Shown here piece after piece: positions 15,855 to 23,881 of a stretch of DNA of 62,243 bases. Origin of the DNA: a virus. Its lineage: Duplodnaviria; Caudoviricetes. The notes under the pieces were generated by a model. It had not been told where the DNA came from and did no database searches. It saw nothing but the letters and a program-made list of their open reading frames with translations. The DNA lies in IMG/VR virus record IMGVR_UViG_3300043408_000040, positions 1-62,243 of that record; one strand, 5' to 3'. The position numbers and the translations under genes are program-made. Position 1 is the stretch's first letter, and each line of letters starts with the position of its first letter.

Positions 15855-16659
15855 CTTCTGCCGCGCCCACGGCATCCTGATTGACCGCGAGCCACCGATC
15901 GGCGTGTGGCGCAGGTATCCCACGGAAGACAAGCCCACGCATCGCAACGGAGCCGTGAAGTATCTTGGGACCCACGCCTTCTTGCAAAACCACGCCACCA
16001 TGACGGAAATTGAAGTTTGGAAGGCCGATGGCGACACCGTCATAGACCGCGACCGCATCCGGCGCATTGCCCAGCAGGCAGACCGCGACATTCGTGAAAA
16101 GCAGGAGCAGGCTGCACGCAAGGCCGCAGGCATCCTACACAACTGCCAGATCGGCTACCACCCCTACCTCGAAAAGAAAGGATTCAAGGAGGAGCAAGGA
16201 AACATCTGGAAGCATGAAGACGAGCTGCTGTTGGCAATTCCAATGCGCGTGGGCCATCGGCTGGTAGGTTGCCAGATCATCAGCGAGGACGGCACAAAAA
16301 AGTTTCTGTTCGGGCAGCGCACGAGTGAGGCCGCGTTCGTATTCGACAACAAGGGTGTGAACATCCTGTGCGAAGGCTATGCCACGGCTCTCTCAATCAA
16401 GGCTGCGATGAAGGCACTCAAGCGGCGCTACACGCTGCACGTTTGTTTCAGCGCTGGCAACATGAAGAAAGTGGCAGCCACTCTGCCGGGCGGGTTCATC
16501 GTGGCCGACTGTGATGCCAGCAGGACCGGGCAGAACACCGCAGAGCAGATCGGCTGGCCATATTGGATGCCAGACACTGTAGGCATGGATGCCAACGATG
16601 TGCACCAGCGTGACGGGCTGTTCAAGTTCTCGCAGTCCCTCGGCAAAGTGATTCGATAG
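15841..16659 (+). CDS. TOPRIM-domain primase (P4/TraC-like)
   Basis: HPYLEKKG, LCEGYATALS, FSAGNM, IVADCD, MDAND. Confidence 0.88.
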   Translation: MQFLDFCRAHGILIDREPPIGVWRRYPTEDKPTHRNGAVKYLGTHAFLQNHATMTEIEVWKADGDTVIDRDRIRRIAQQADRDIREKQEQAARKAAGILHNCQIGYHPYLEKKGFKEEQGNIWKHEDELLLAIPMRVGHRLVGCQIISEDGTKKFLFGQRTSEAAFVFDNKGVNILCEGYATALSIKAAMKALKRRYTLHVCFSAGNMKKVAATLPGGFIVADCDASRTGQNTAEQIGWPYWMPDTVGMDANDVHQRDGLFKFSQSLGKVIR

Positions 16660-16662
16660 ACG

Positions 16663-16686
16663 AAAAAAAGCCCGCACAAGACGGGC
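16663..16686 (-). terminator. Terminator between convergent operons
   Basis: GCCCG-7 nt-CGGGC with a flanking A7 run. Confidence 0.6.
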
Positions 16687-16710
16687 ATTCGGTAGCATCT
16701 CCGCAAGCAA

Positions 16711-16929
16711 CTACTGGTAGTTCTTACAAAAGGTCAGAGGTTGAACCAGCAGCCGATCGGGGTGATCGAACGAAGCCAGTTCCAGTTTCTGCATGATCTC
16801 CATGCCTATGTCGATGGCGTTCGGTCCGGTGCCAACTGCCTCCGCAATAGCAGACACCCGGCCATTTTCATCCTCAATCAAATGGATGGAGAACAGGGAC
16901 TTGCTGGATTTCTTTGATGGCAATAACAC
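16711..16929 (-). CDS. Hypothetical protein
   Basis: End of leftward cluster; start uncertain. Confidence 0.5.
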   Translation of the reverse strand: MLLPSKKSSKSLFSIHLIEDENGRVSAIAEAVGTGPNAIDIGMEIMQKLELASFDHPDRLLVQPLTFCKNYQ

Positions 16930-17071
16930 GGGTGTCCTTTAGGTCTCGATCATCATAGTCCAAAGCCATGGTTGTGATTTTTTTCAAGGCATCGGCGCGG
17001 TCGGCAGCTTCTACGTCAAGCTGAAAGCGAACGGTTCTTTCGATGGTCAGGCGGTAGGTGGGCATCGTCAT
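16874..17071 (-). CDS. Hypothetical protein
   Basis: MTMPTYRLTIERTV; coupled. Confidence 0.6.
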   Translation of the reverse strand: MTMPTYRLTIERTVRFQLDVEAADRADALKKITTMALDYDDRDLKDTRVIAIKEIQQVPVLHPFD

Positions 17072-17190
17072 TCCAAGTAAAAATAAACAGCCAGGAAGGC
17101 GGCCAGCAACAAAAAGCAAATGCGCTCGGCTTTGTCGCTGACGATTTCCACGGCTGTGGGGATGGGTTTGGCTGGACCGGTGTATTTCAT
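17068..17190 (-). CDS. 40-aa membrane peptide (not in ORF track)
   Basis: MKYTGPAKP...CFLLLAAFLAVYFYLE; ATGA coupling. Confidence 0.55.
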   Translation of the reverse strand: MKYTGPAKPIPTAVEIVSDKAERICFLLLAAFLAVYFYLE

Positions 17191-17369
17191 GCTTGTTTCC
17201 TTTCGATCAATATTTCGGCGGCCAATCTGCAAGCGGCAATGGTTTGCTCGGCAGCATCTTTTTCAAGGGCGCGGATCAGCTTCACGGCATCGGCCATGGC
17301 GCTGTGTGTGGTCGCTCGTGCGCCAGCGATGTGGGCCAGCGTGAGCGGGTGGTTTTGGTTCGGTAGCAT
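17187..17369 (-). CDS. Hypothetical protein
   Basis: Coupled ORF. Confidence 0.55.
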   Translation of the reverse strand: MLPNQNHPLTLAHIAGARATTHSAMADAVKLIRALEKDAAEQTIAACRLAAEILIERKQA

Positions 17370-17378
17370 CTTTGCAAG

Positions 17379-17525
17379 TCACCAGGGTGCGGCCGGCGCG
17401 TCTTTCGGCGGCTGCTCTTGCTGGCGCTGGTAGGCGCGAATCCGTCCAGGCGTCCAGGGCGTGGGGCCAGTGGCGGGCGGGAAGGGCCAAACCCCCCGGG
17501 GCGATGGGGTGGGTTTGTTGGTCAT
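17379..17525 (-). CDS. 48-aa Pro-rich protein (not in ORF track)
   Basis: MTNKPTPSPRGVWPFPP...; ATGA coupling. Confidence 0.5.
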   Translation of the reverse strand: MTNKPTPSPRGVWPFPPATGPTPWTPGRIRAYQRQQEQPPKDAPAAPW

Positions 17526-17707
17526 GCGGTGGCTCTTGCCTCTCTGCGTCCCTGCTCGATCAGGTGCCGGGCCTCGGTCTGGTCGTGCGGCTTTTCGGTC
17601 TCTAACATGGCGCGGATGGCTTGTGATGCTGCGGCCACTTGTCCGGGCGTTCTGGCGCGTTCGTAGGTGTACCCGGCTTGGGTGTAGGCGTGTTCAGTGT
17701 TTTTCAT
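17522..17707 (-). CDS. Hypothetical early protein
   Basis: AGGAGCCC RBS. Confidence 0.7.
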   Translation of the reverse strand: MKNTEHAYTQAGYTYERARTPGQVAAASQAIRAMLETEKPHDQTEARHLIEQGRREARATA

Positions 17708-17886
17708 GCTGCGGGCTCCTCGTTGGTTAATTGGGCGGCTTGGGCTTCCAGTGCTTCGGCGCTGCGTTCGTGCTGGCGCATGCTGGCGGCGCTGTTGTTC
17801 AGGAAATCGCGGGATTGTGCGCGATGCCATTGGGCGCGAATCCATATTGCGGCGGCGCGTGTGGCCGGGCTTGGTTGGTCGTTCAT
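17704..17886 (-). CDS. Hypothetical early protein
   Basis: AGGAGCCC RBS. Confidence 0.65.
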   Translation of the reverse strand: MNDQPSPATRAAAIWIRAQWHRAQSRDFLNNSAASMRQHERSAEALEAQAAQLTNEEPAA

Positions 17887-17953
17887 GGTTGGGGCTCCTG
17901 TTGTCGGGACAATTCCAGCGACAACCCTCCGCGAAGGGCTGGCGCTGGCGCTG

Positions 17954-18631
17954 TCAAGCTGCGGCGATGGGGATTACCCGGCGGGCCAGTTTGTCGGCGG
18001 TCTTGGCGCGTGTGCCGTGTGCTCTGAATCCGATAATCTGGCGGCGGTCGGCGCGTTGGCACAGTGCGCATAATGCGCAAGTCATGTGTTCCGTTGTTTG
18101 TGCGGGGCAGATTAAAACCGGGCGGCCTTCGGGCGTCTGGCTGTGCTTGGGCGTGTCTATGGGCACGATAACGGCCACCGGGAGACCGTGGGCGGCGAGT
18201 CGGTCGGCGTGGCCTACATCGTCGGCGCTAAGGTTTACAGTAAAACCCCAGTTTGTCGCGTGCTTGGCCCATTTGATGGAGTCCGGGCTGTGCTTGTGTG
18301 TGTAGGTGAAACCCTTTCTGCCGCGGTTGGCTTTCACAATCTGGCCCAGCTGGTAAGCGTCCACGTTCTCGCCGTCTCCGGGTAGGTCGCCCGCTACATT
18401 GTGTCTCCATAGTTGGCCCTTAGGCAATCGGTTAATGGCCGCGAGTAGGCCATCTAGGTCAGTGCCTCGGGCCGGTACTTTGTCCCATGTTAGGCGGGTG
18501 TAGAAGTCCTCTGCATAGCAGTCGCTGCGGTAATGGGCGCATGAAGGCGGGCACGATTCGCGGCTGGTGTAGGTCTGGGGTATCGGGCCGGTTTTGCGGT
18601 TGCTGCTGGCTTGGATGAAGTGGTATTTCAT
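17954..18631 (-). CDS. Cys-rich Gp88-like protein (possible Fe-S / radical-SAM-related)
   Basis: SCPPSC...CYA, RHNVAGD, YTH, CPAQ...TCALCALC, FRAHG. Confidence 0.7.
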   Translation of the reverse strand: MKYHFIQASSNRKTGPIPQTYTSRESCPPSCAHYRSDCYAEDFYTRLTWDKVPARGTDLDGLLAAINRLPKGQLWRHNVAGDLPGDGENVDAYQLGQIVKANRGRKGFTYTHKHSPDSIKWAKHATNWGFTVNLSADDVGHADRLAAHGLPVAVIVPIDTPKHSQTPEGRPVLICPAQTTEHMTCALCALCQRADRRQIIGFRAHGTRAKTADKLARRVIPIAAA

Positions 18632-18909
18632 GCGGTGGGCTCCTGTCCGGCTTTGGTGATTGCGGCGCGGGCTCGCTCAAAGCATGGGGAGCCTGGATAT
18701 TCTTCGGCAAATATCGTTAGAACGTCCTGCAATACTTGCAGAAGGTCGGGCGCTGCGGCGATTAGTCGGGCATTTGCTTGGAGTTCTGGGTTTTTTTCGC
18801 CCAAAGCATAGGCAATAGCGCTGTCATCATTTATGCGGATACTCCATCCGCTGCTGATAATTCTTTGATGTGGGCCTACGGTCCACGGGCCTGGGGTGTG
18901 CGTGTTCAT
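18628..18909 (-). CDS. Conserved phage protein (HTPGPW...ANARLIAAAPDLL family)
   Basis: Characteristic motifs. Confidence 0.8.
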   Translation of the reverse strand: MNTHTPGPWTVGPHQRIISSGWSIRINDDSAIAYALGEKNPELQANARLIAAAPDLLQVLQDVLTIFAEEYPGSPCFERARAAITKAGQEPTA

Positions 18910-19073
18910 TCTGTGGGCTCCAATAATTCGATCAGGTCAAGGCGGGCGCGGTCTAGCTCTCCGGCTGCGCGTTTGTTTGAAAATTCGCAGGGCTGGCCCC
19001 TAAGTCGGGCGGCTGCGCTTTGCATGGCTTCGAGAATCTCGGCCAGTGCTGCGGGGTCAATTTCAGTGTTCAT
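18906..19073 (-). CDS. Hypothetical early protein
   Basis: Coupled ORF. Confidence 0.6.
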   Translation of the reverse strand: MNTEIDPAALAEILEAMQSAAARLRGQPCEFSNKRAAGELDRARLDLIELLEPTE

Positions 19074-19285
19074 AATTTGCCCCTTTGCATATCGTTGGCT
19101 AGGTCTTGGCCTCCGTTGCGGCCTATCCATCCACACCCCTGCCATCCCCATGGTGTGTGCTCAATGGTGATTTGATTCTCTCCCCATGTAAGCTGAATCC
19201 ATGCCTCGCCTTTGTTGGCTGCTTTTTTAATGGCTGCCTTTAGGGTGGTAATGCTTGGTTTGTTTGTGTAGTCGATCTGAATCAT
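19070..19285 (-). CDS. Hypothetical early protein
   Basis: MIQIDYTNKPS; coupled. Confidence 0.65.
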   Translation of the reverse strand: MIQIDYTNKPSITTLKAAIKKAANKGEAWIQLTWGENQITIEHTPWGWQGCGWIGRNGGQDLANDMQRGKL

Positions 19286-19620
19286 GCTATCACCCCGTGG
19301 CGGTTGAAATACTCGGCGGCGCAAAACCGGCCCAGGATGGCGTTGTAGGTGTCGCGCTTGCTGTGGTAGTAATCGGCGTTTCGTTCGCCCTTGCGGAAGT
19401 TGTGCCACTGGTTAGCGCTGGCGTTGACTTCAATGTCGCGCTGAAGGCTGCCGGGTCTGCTGTATTCGGCGATAAACCCGTGGCGGTCATGGTGGGCGAT
19501 AAACCCGTTGCAGTTCATGATGAATTTGTAGCCGGTCTCGTTCAATTTGTTTATGTCGCGGCATGCGGCGATCACGTTGTTAACGATGCGGGTCTGCTGG
19601 ATGTCGGTTAATGGCTTCAT
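19282..19620 (-). CDS. Hypothetical early protein
   Basis: AAGGAG RBS. Confidence 0.7.
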   Translation of the reverse strand: MKPLTDIQQTRIVNNVIAACRDINKLNETGYKFIMNCNGFIAHHDRHGFIAEYSRPGSLQRDIEVNASANQWHNFRKGERNADYYHSKRDTYNAILGRFCAAEYFNRHGVIA

Positions 19621-19632
19621 GGTGTCGGCTCC

Positions 19633-19986
19633 TTAGTGTGTAGCATGGGCTTTTACGGTCATGCGGGTGGATGGTGCGCCCGTGGTGGTGTGTGCTGCGA
19701 TTAGCTGGCGGCTAGGCTTGAATTTGGCCGCGATGCTTTGCCAGTCGGTGAGGGTGCGGCCCGCGCATTGGGCGAAGTTCACCCGGTACAGTTGGCCGTG
19801 TATGTCGGCGAGTCCGGCGTCCTCCAGTTCGGCGCGTAGCGTGTCGGCCTCCTTTTTCATTGCGGCCATTGCGGCATTGATTGCGCCCAGTCGGTCAACC
19901 TTGGCGGCCAGGTCGGCGGCTGCGGTGGGTGCTGGTGGAATCATCAGAATGTTGCGGGCGAGTGTTTGCATGTCTTGGGGTTTCAT
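19633..19986 (-). CDS. Hypothetical early protein
   Basis: AGGAGCCC RBS. Confidence 0.7.
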   Translation of the reverse strand: MKPQDMQTLARNILMIPPAPTAAADLAAKVDRLGAINAAMAAMKKEADTLRAELEDAGLADIHGQLYRVNFAQCAGRTLTDWQSIAAKFKPSRQLIAAHTTTGAPSTRMTVKAHATH

Positions 19987-20004
19987 GGTGTGGGCTCCTG
20001 TGGT

Positions 20005-20319
20005 TTATTGCTGCGTCAATGGTTGCCAGTGGCTGGCGAGAAAATCGTCGGTTGATTTGTATTTGTTGATTGGTTCATTGCTGGCCCAGTGTGGGCGGTG
20101 CTCGATTGCCGCGGCCATGGTGTCGGCCTTGTAACCGGTTCCGGCATGCTTGCAGGGCTTGTGCACTGTGGAAAATGTCGGGCCAGTGGCGCGGCCGTGT
20201 TGGTAGTAACCGATTTTGTCATCCTTGCTGAAGTAAAAATATGTTGTCAAGGTCTTGGGCGCGTGCACAGTGAACCCCTCGCGCTTGGCTTGCTCAATCA
20301 TCTCTTGAATGGGTGTCAT
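20005..20319 (-). CDS. Hypothetical early protein
   Basis: AGGAGCC RBS. Confidence 0.7.
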   Translation of the reverse strand: MTPIQEMIEQAKREGFTVHAPKTLTTYFYFSKDDKIGYYQHGRATGPTFSTVHKPCKHAGTGYKADTMAAAIEHRPHWASNEPINKYKSTDDFLASHWQPLTQQ

Positions 20320-20322
20320 GGT

Positions 20323-20502
20323 TTAGGCTCCTTTTGTGGTGGCGGCGACAAATCGACCGGCGCGGGTAATGGTGGCGGCTGGGTAGCATGCTGCCCAGCT
20401 GAGGGCCTCGCGGCGCGTCAGGCTGTAATGGGTTTTTTTGTACCCGTGGCCGGTGGTGGCATAACCGATAAGGCGGGCGGCTGTGGTTTTGATGGTGTTC
20501 AT
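20323..20502 (-). CDS. Hypothetical early protein (59 aa, not in ORF track)
   Basis: AGGAGCCC RBS; MNTIKTTAARLIGY... Confidence 0.65.
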   Translation of the reverse strand: MNTIKTTAARLIGYATTGHGYKKTHYSLTRREALSWAACYPAATITRAGRFVAATTKGA

Positions 20503-20546
20503 GTGGTGGGCTCCTGTGTGTTAGGTGGTTAGCCGGGCGGGGTGGG

Positions 20547-20732
20547 TTAGATGATGAAATCGGGGTGGTTGGTAAGGCCTAAAACATCTGCCACCACGAG
20601 AAGCTGTGCGGTCGTGTTCTTTCCGCGTGTTGATCGGATAAGTGCCGACAAGCTGAGCGCTGCGGTTTCTGGGTGGCCCATCCGGCGGTACTTCTTCACA
20701 ATGTCAAGCTGTCGCTGTTCTGCTTTGGTCAT
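20547..20732 (-). CDS. Hypothetical early protein, first of cluster
   Basis: AGGAG RBS downstream of promoter. Confidence 0.65.
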   Translation of the reverse strand: MTKAEQRQLDIVKKYRRMGHPETAALSLSALIRSTRGKNTTAQLLVVADVLGLTNHPDFII

Positions 20733-20779
20733 GTCGTCTGCTCCTGTCTGTTTGGTTGTAGGCGTCCTGCCTGTTAGGA

Positions 20780-20808
20780 ATTATGCGCCCGGTTCTGTCT
20801 GTTTTCAA
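20780..20808 (-). promoter_or_regulatory. Early sigma70 promoter of small-gene cluster
   Basis: TTGAAA-17 nt-CATAAT. Confidence 0.65.
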
Positions 20809-21039
20809 TGGTGGCGAGCGAGTAAATATTTATGGCGTTTTGGGATTCGATAGGCGTGGGCTATCGGCGAAGCCGTGCGGCTCTGGTGCTGCCGTAGTGG
20901 AAGCCATAGGGAAGGAGACAACCCGCTGCCGGTTTCCCTTGGCCGTTTCGGTGTCCAGGTGCTGATCGGTTGGCCGTGGTTGTGGTGGCCGTGTGAAGGT
21001 GGCGTGAAGGCTGGGCGCGGGTGTCTTAAGGCAAAGCCG

Positions 21040-21068
21040 TTGCAGTGCTCCCGCTGTTCTCCTAGAAT
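21040..21068 (+). promoter_or_regulatory. Promoter of terS (probable leaderless transcript)
   Basis: TTGCAG-17 nt-TAGAAT, ATG 7 nt downstream, no SD. Confidence 0.6.
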
Positions 21069-21075
21069 CGCCCCC

Positions 21076-21798
21076 ATGAATACATCACCCGCACCCAAGA
21101 AGCTAACAAGGGCCCAGTTAACCGAAGCGCTGGACTCTGTGCCCTTGTCTCACGTACTGGGTAAAGCTGTTTCCAAGGAACTAACGGGAAAGCAAAAGAA
21201 GTTTTGCCTAGAAGTGGCAAAGGGCGAGACAAAAGCCAGCGCATATAGGAAGGCGTACAACGTGAAATCAAAAAATACATTGCAGCGCGAACCCTATCAA
21301 CTGACGCGCGACCAACGGATAACCAATGAGATCGAGGCGATGCAAGCGGCTATTCGGGCTCAGGAATACCAAACCCCTGCCGCCCTGCGTGCCTTGGTCA
21401 TTCAATCACTGGTCGGCGTGATAACCGACCCCGACTCGAAACCCGGCCAGATAACCGCGGCCGCTAAGGTTTTGGGTACTGTCACTGAAGTGGCCGCCTT
21501 TACTGAGCAAAAGGTCGTTCGCACCATTACAAGCAGTGAAACAGCGCGCGCCCAAGTGCTCGAACAACTGCGAACGCTTGTTCAAGGATCAGCCACTGAC
21601 GTGACCGTGATTGATCGCGATGCTGACTCTCTGCTCGCTGAGTTGGCGGGTGCTGGCGACGTGGTGGAATCGGTGGAGGGCGAGACCCACCCTGGGGCCA
21701 CCCCCCAAACTGTGGATGAGGAGTCCCTTAATTCTATGCATACTATTCCACACGAACGACCCCCTTCTACACAGGAAGACCCCCCCATCAACGAGTAA
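21076..21798 (+). CDS. terS: Terminase small subunit
   Basis: LTGKQKKFCLEVAKG..KASAYRKAY motif; upstream of terL. Confidence 0.75.
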   Translation: MNTSPAPKKLTRAQLTEALDSVPLSHVLGKAVSKELTGKQKKFCLEVAKGETKASAYRKAYNVKSKNTLQREPYQLTRDQRITNEIEAMQAAIRAQEYQTPAALRALVIQSLVGVITDPDSKPGQITAAAKVLGTVTEVAAFTEQKVVRTITSSETARAQVLEQLRTLVQGSATDVTVIDRDADSLLAELAGAGDVVESVEGETHPGATPQTVDEESLNSMHTIPHERPPSTQEDPPINE

Positions 21799-22007
21799 AA
21801 CCCACCCCCCGGTGGTATATTTTGCTTAAAAAATAGGCAGCCTCTACGTCAAGAGGCTTTGAAACAAATAGTACTCACTGAATCTTCAAGATGAATGCAA
21901 AAACAACGCGGCAACTTCCACGCTTAAATTGCCGTACAAAAGTTATCCACAGGGACATGAAGATTCGGCGGAGTGATTACACGCGGCAAGAGTGTTTGGA
22001 GGTAGAT

Positions 22008-22241
22008 ATGAGTCCGGCCCAGAAGGAAGTTTTCATGGCGATTGATGAGTGGTGGAAGAGGTATGGGTTTTCGCCGACCATACGGGACATTGCGTATGTG
22101 AGGGGGAAGATGGGGTTGGCGAACACGAAGAAGATTGTTGACCGGCTTGTGCTCCTAGGTGTTATAAAGAAGGTTGATGGAGTAGGTAGGACAATTCGAC
22201 CTGCATGGGTGAACTACAAGAACCTGAAGGAGTTGGAATGA
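22008..22241 (+). CDS. LexA-type DNA-binding-domain (wHTH) protein
   Basis: MSPAQKEVF...YGFSPTIRDIA; GGAGG RBS. Confidence 0.75.
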   Translation: MSPAQKEVFMAIDEWWKRYGFSPTIRDIAYVRGKMGLANTKKIVDRLVLLGVIKKVDGVGRTIRPAWVNYKNLKELE

Positions 22242-22351
22242 GACGAGAGACGTACGTGGACAAAAAGATCAAGGTGCAGATGTTCATCTTGAAGTTGCTT
22301 GCATGGGCCATTGGGCTTGTTGCTGTTATTGGCGTTGTCCAAAAAATATAA
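22238..22351 (+). CDS. 37-aa membrane peptide (not in ORF track)
   Basis: MRRETYVDKKIKVQMFILKLLAWAIGLVAVIGVVQKI; AAGGAG RBS. Confidence 0.5.
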   Translation: MRRETYVDKKIKVQMFILKLLAWAIGLVAVIGVVQKI

Positions 22352-22363
22352 AAATTGCTCCGC

Positions 22364-23872
22364 ATGGACATTGAAAAAATCATTGCCGGTCTGCCGATAA
22401 ACGAGCAGGAGAAATTGCTGTCTCAAGTGGCCGAGTACAAGGCTGCGCTAGAGAGGGAGCAGTGTCAAAAGTCGTTCATGGCTTTCGTTAAGAAAATGTG
22501 GCCAGGGTTTATTCACGGACGGCATCATGCGGTGGTGGCCAAGGCGTTTGAGGAGATCGCGTCCGGCAAGATCAAGCGGCTGGCCATCTCGATGCCTCCT
22601 CGGCACACGAAATCGGAGTTTGGCTCCTATATGCTTCCGGCTTGGTTCCTTGGAAATTTTCCCGGCAAGAAAGTTATGCAGGCGTCCAACACTGGCGAGC
22701 TGGCTGTAGGTTTTGGCCGCAAGGTTCGCAACTTGGTGATGAGCGAGCAATACCACGAGGTGTTTCCCGACACGAATATTCGACAGGACTCAAAGTCAGC
22801 AGGGCGCTGGGCTGTAAACGAGGTGGGTGAGTATTTTGCGATCGGCGTTGGCGGTACGATGACCGGCCGCGGCGCTGATCTGGTCATCATTGACGATCCC
22901 CACACAGAAGGCGAAGCTGCTTTGGCGGCCCATGACCCGTCTGTCTATGACAAATCGTACGAGTGGTACACGTCCGGCCCCCGTCAGCGACTTCAGCCTA
23001 ACGGCGCAATTGTGATTATTGCCACCCGGTGGTCCGAGAGTGACCTCATTGGCCGGGTTTTGAAGGATGCGGCCGAGCGAGGAAAGCCTGATGAGTGGCG
23101 CGTCATTGAATTTCCTGCAATTTTGCCGTCTGGCAATCCTCTTTGGCCTGAATTCTGGCCTCTTGAGCAGCTCGAAGCTCTAAAAGAGGAGCTGCCGCCC
23201 ATCAAATGGAACGCCCAGTACCAGCAAAAGCCCACTGGAGAAGAGGGTGCGATCGTAAAGCGGGACTGGTGGAACATTTGGGAGAAGGAAGACCCACCTC
23301 GGTGCGAATTCATCATCCAATCTTGGGACACGGCTTTTACAAAGAATGAACGGTCCGACTTTTCGGCCTGCACGACGTGGGGCGTGTTCTATTTGAACGA
23401 AGATCCCAACGACGCGAACATTATTTTGCTGGACGCCTTCCAAAAGCGGATGGAATTTCCTGAACTTAAGGCCAAAGCCCGCGAGCATTACCTTGAGTGG
23501 GAGCCTGACGACTGCATCATTGAAGCAAAAGCGGCCGGAGCATCGCTGATTCAAGAGCTAAACCAGCAAGCCGACATATTTGTGCGCGGGTACACACCAA
23601 GCCGAGGAACAAAACAGCAATCGAACGACAAAATCTCTCGCCTAAACGTGATTGCCCCAATTTTCCAAGGCGGAAAAGTCTGGGCGCCAGACACCCGGTG
23701 GGCTCGCGAGGTCATTGACCAGATGGCGGCCTTTCCAAATGCGGCTCACGACGACTTGGTTGATACGGCAGTCATGGCCGTCACAAGGTTTCGACAAGGA
23801 GGCTTCTTGAGACTAGAATCTGACCAGCGCGACGAACCAGAAGGCATCGGTCGCAAAAGCTCCTTCTATTAA
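22364..23872 (+). CDS. terL: Terminase large subunit
   Basis: MPPRHTKS Walker A, LVIIDDP, QSWDTA, IIEAKAAG, HDDLVD. Confidence 0.95.
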   Translation: MDIEKIIAGLPINEQEKLLSQVAEYKAALEREQCQKSFMAFVKKMWPGFIHGRHHAVVAKAFEEIASGKIKRLAISMPPRHTKSEFGSYMLPAWFLGNFPGKKVMQASNTGELAVGFGRKVRNLVMSEQYHEVFPDTNIRQDSKSAGRWAVNEVGEYFAIGVGGTMTGRGADLVIIDDPHTEGEAALAAHDPSVYDKSYEWYTSGPRQRLQPNGAIVIIATRWSESDLIGRVLKDAAERGKPDEWRVIEFPAILPSGNPLWPEFWPLEQLEALKEELPPIKWNAQYQQKPTGEEGAIVKRDWWNIWEKEDPPRCEFIIQSWDTAFTKNERSDFSACTTWGVFYLNEDPNDANIILLDAFQKRMEFPELKAKAREHYLEWEPDDCIIEAKAAGASLIQELNQQADIFVRGYTPSRGTKQQSNDKISRLNVIAPIFQGGKVWAPDTRWAREVIDQMAAFPNAAHDDLVDTAVMAVTRFRQGGFLRLESDQRDEPEGIGRKSSFY

Positions 23873-23881
23873 GGCATCAAT

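Noticed and set aside
20875-21075. N-terminal extension of terS in the ORF track (similarly 35078, 46952, 21891, 61872)
   Set aside because: Extensions cross promoters or other genes; downstream ATGs fit better.
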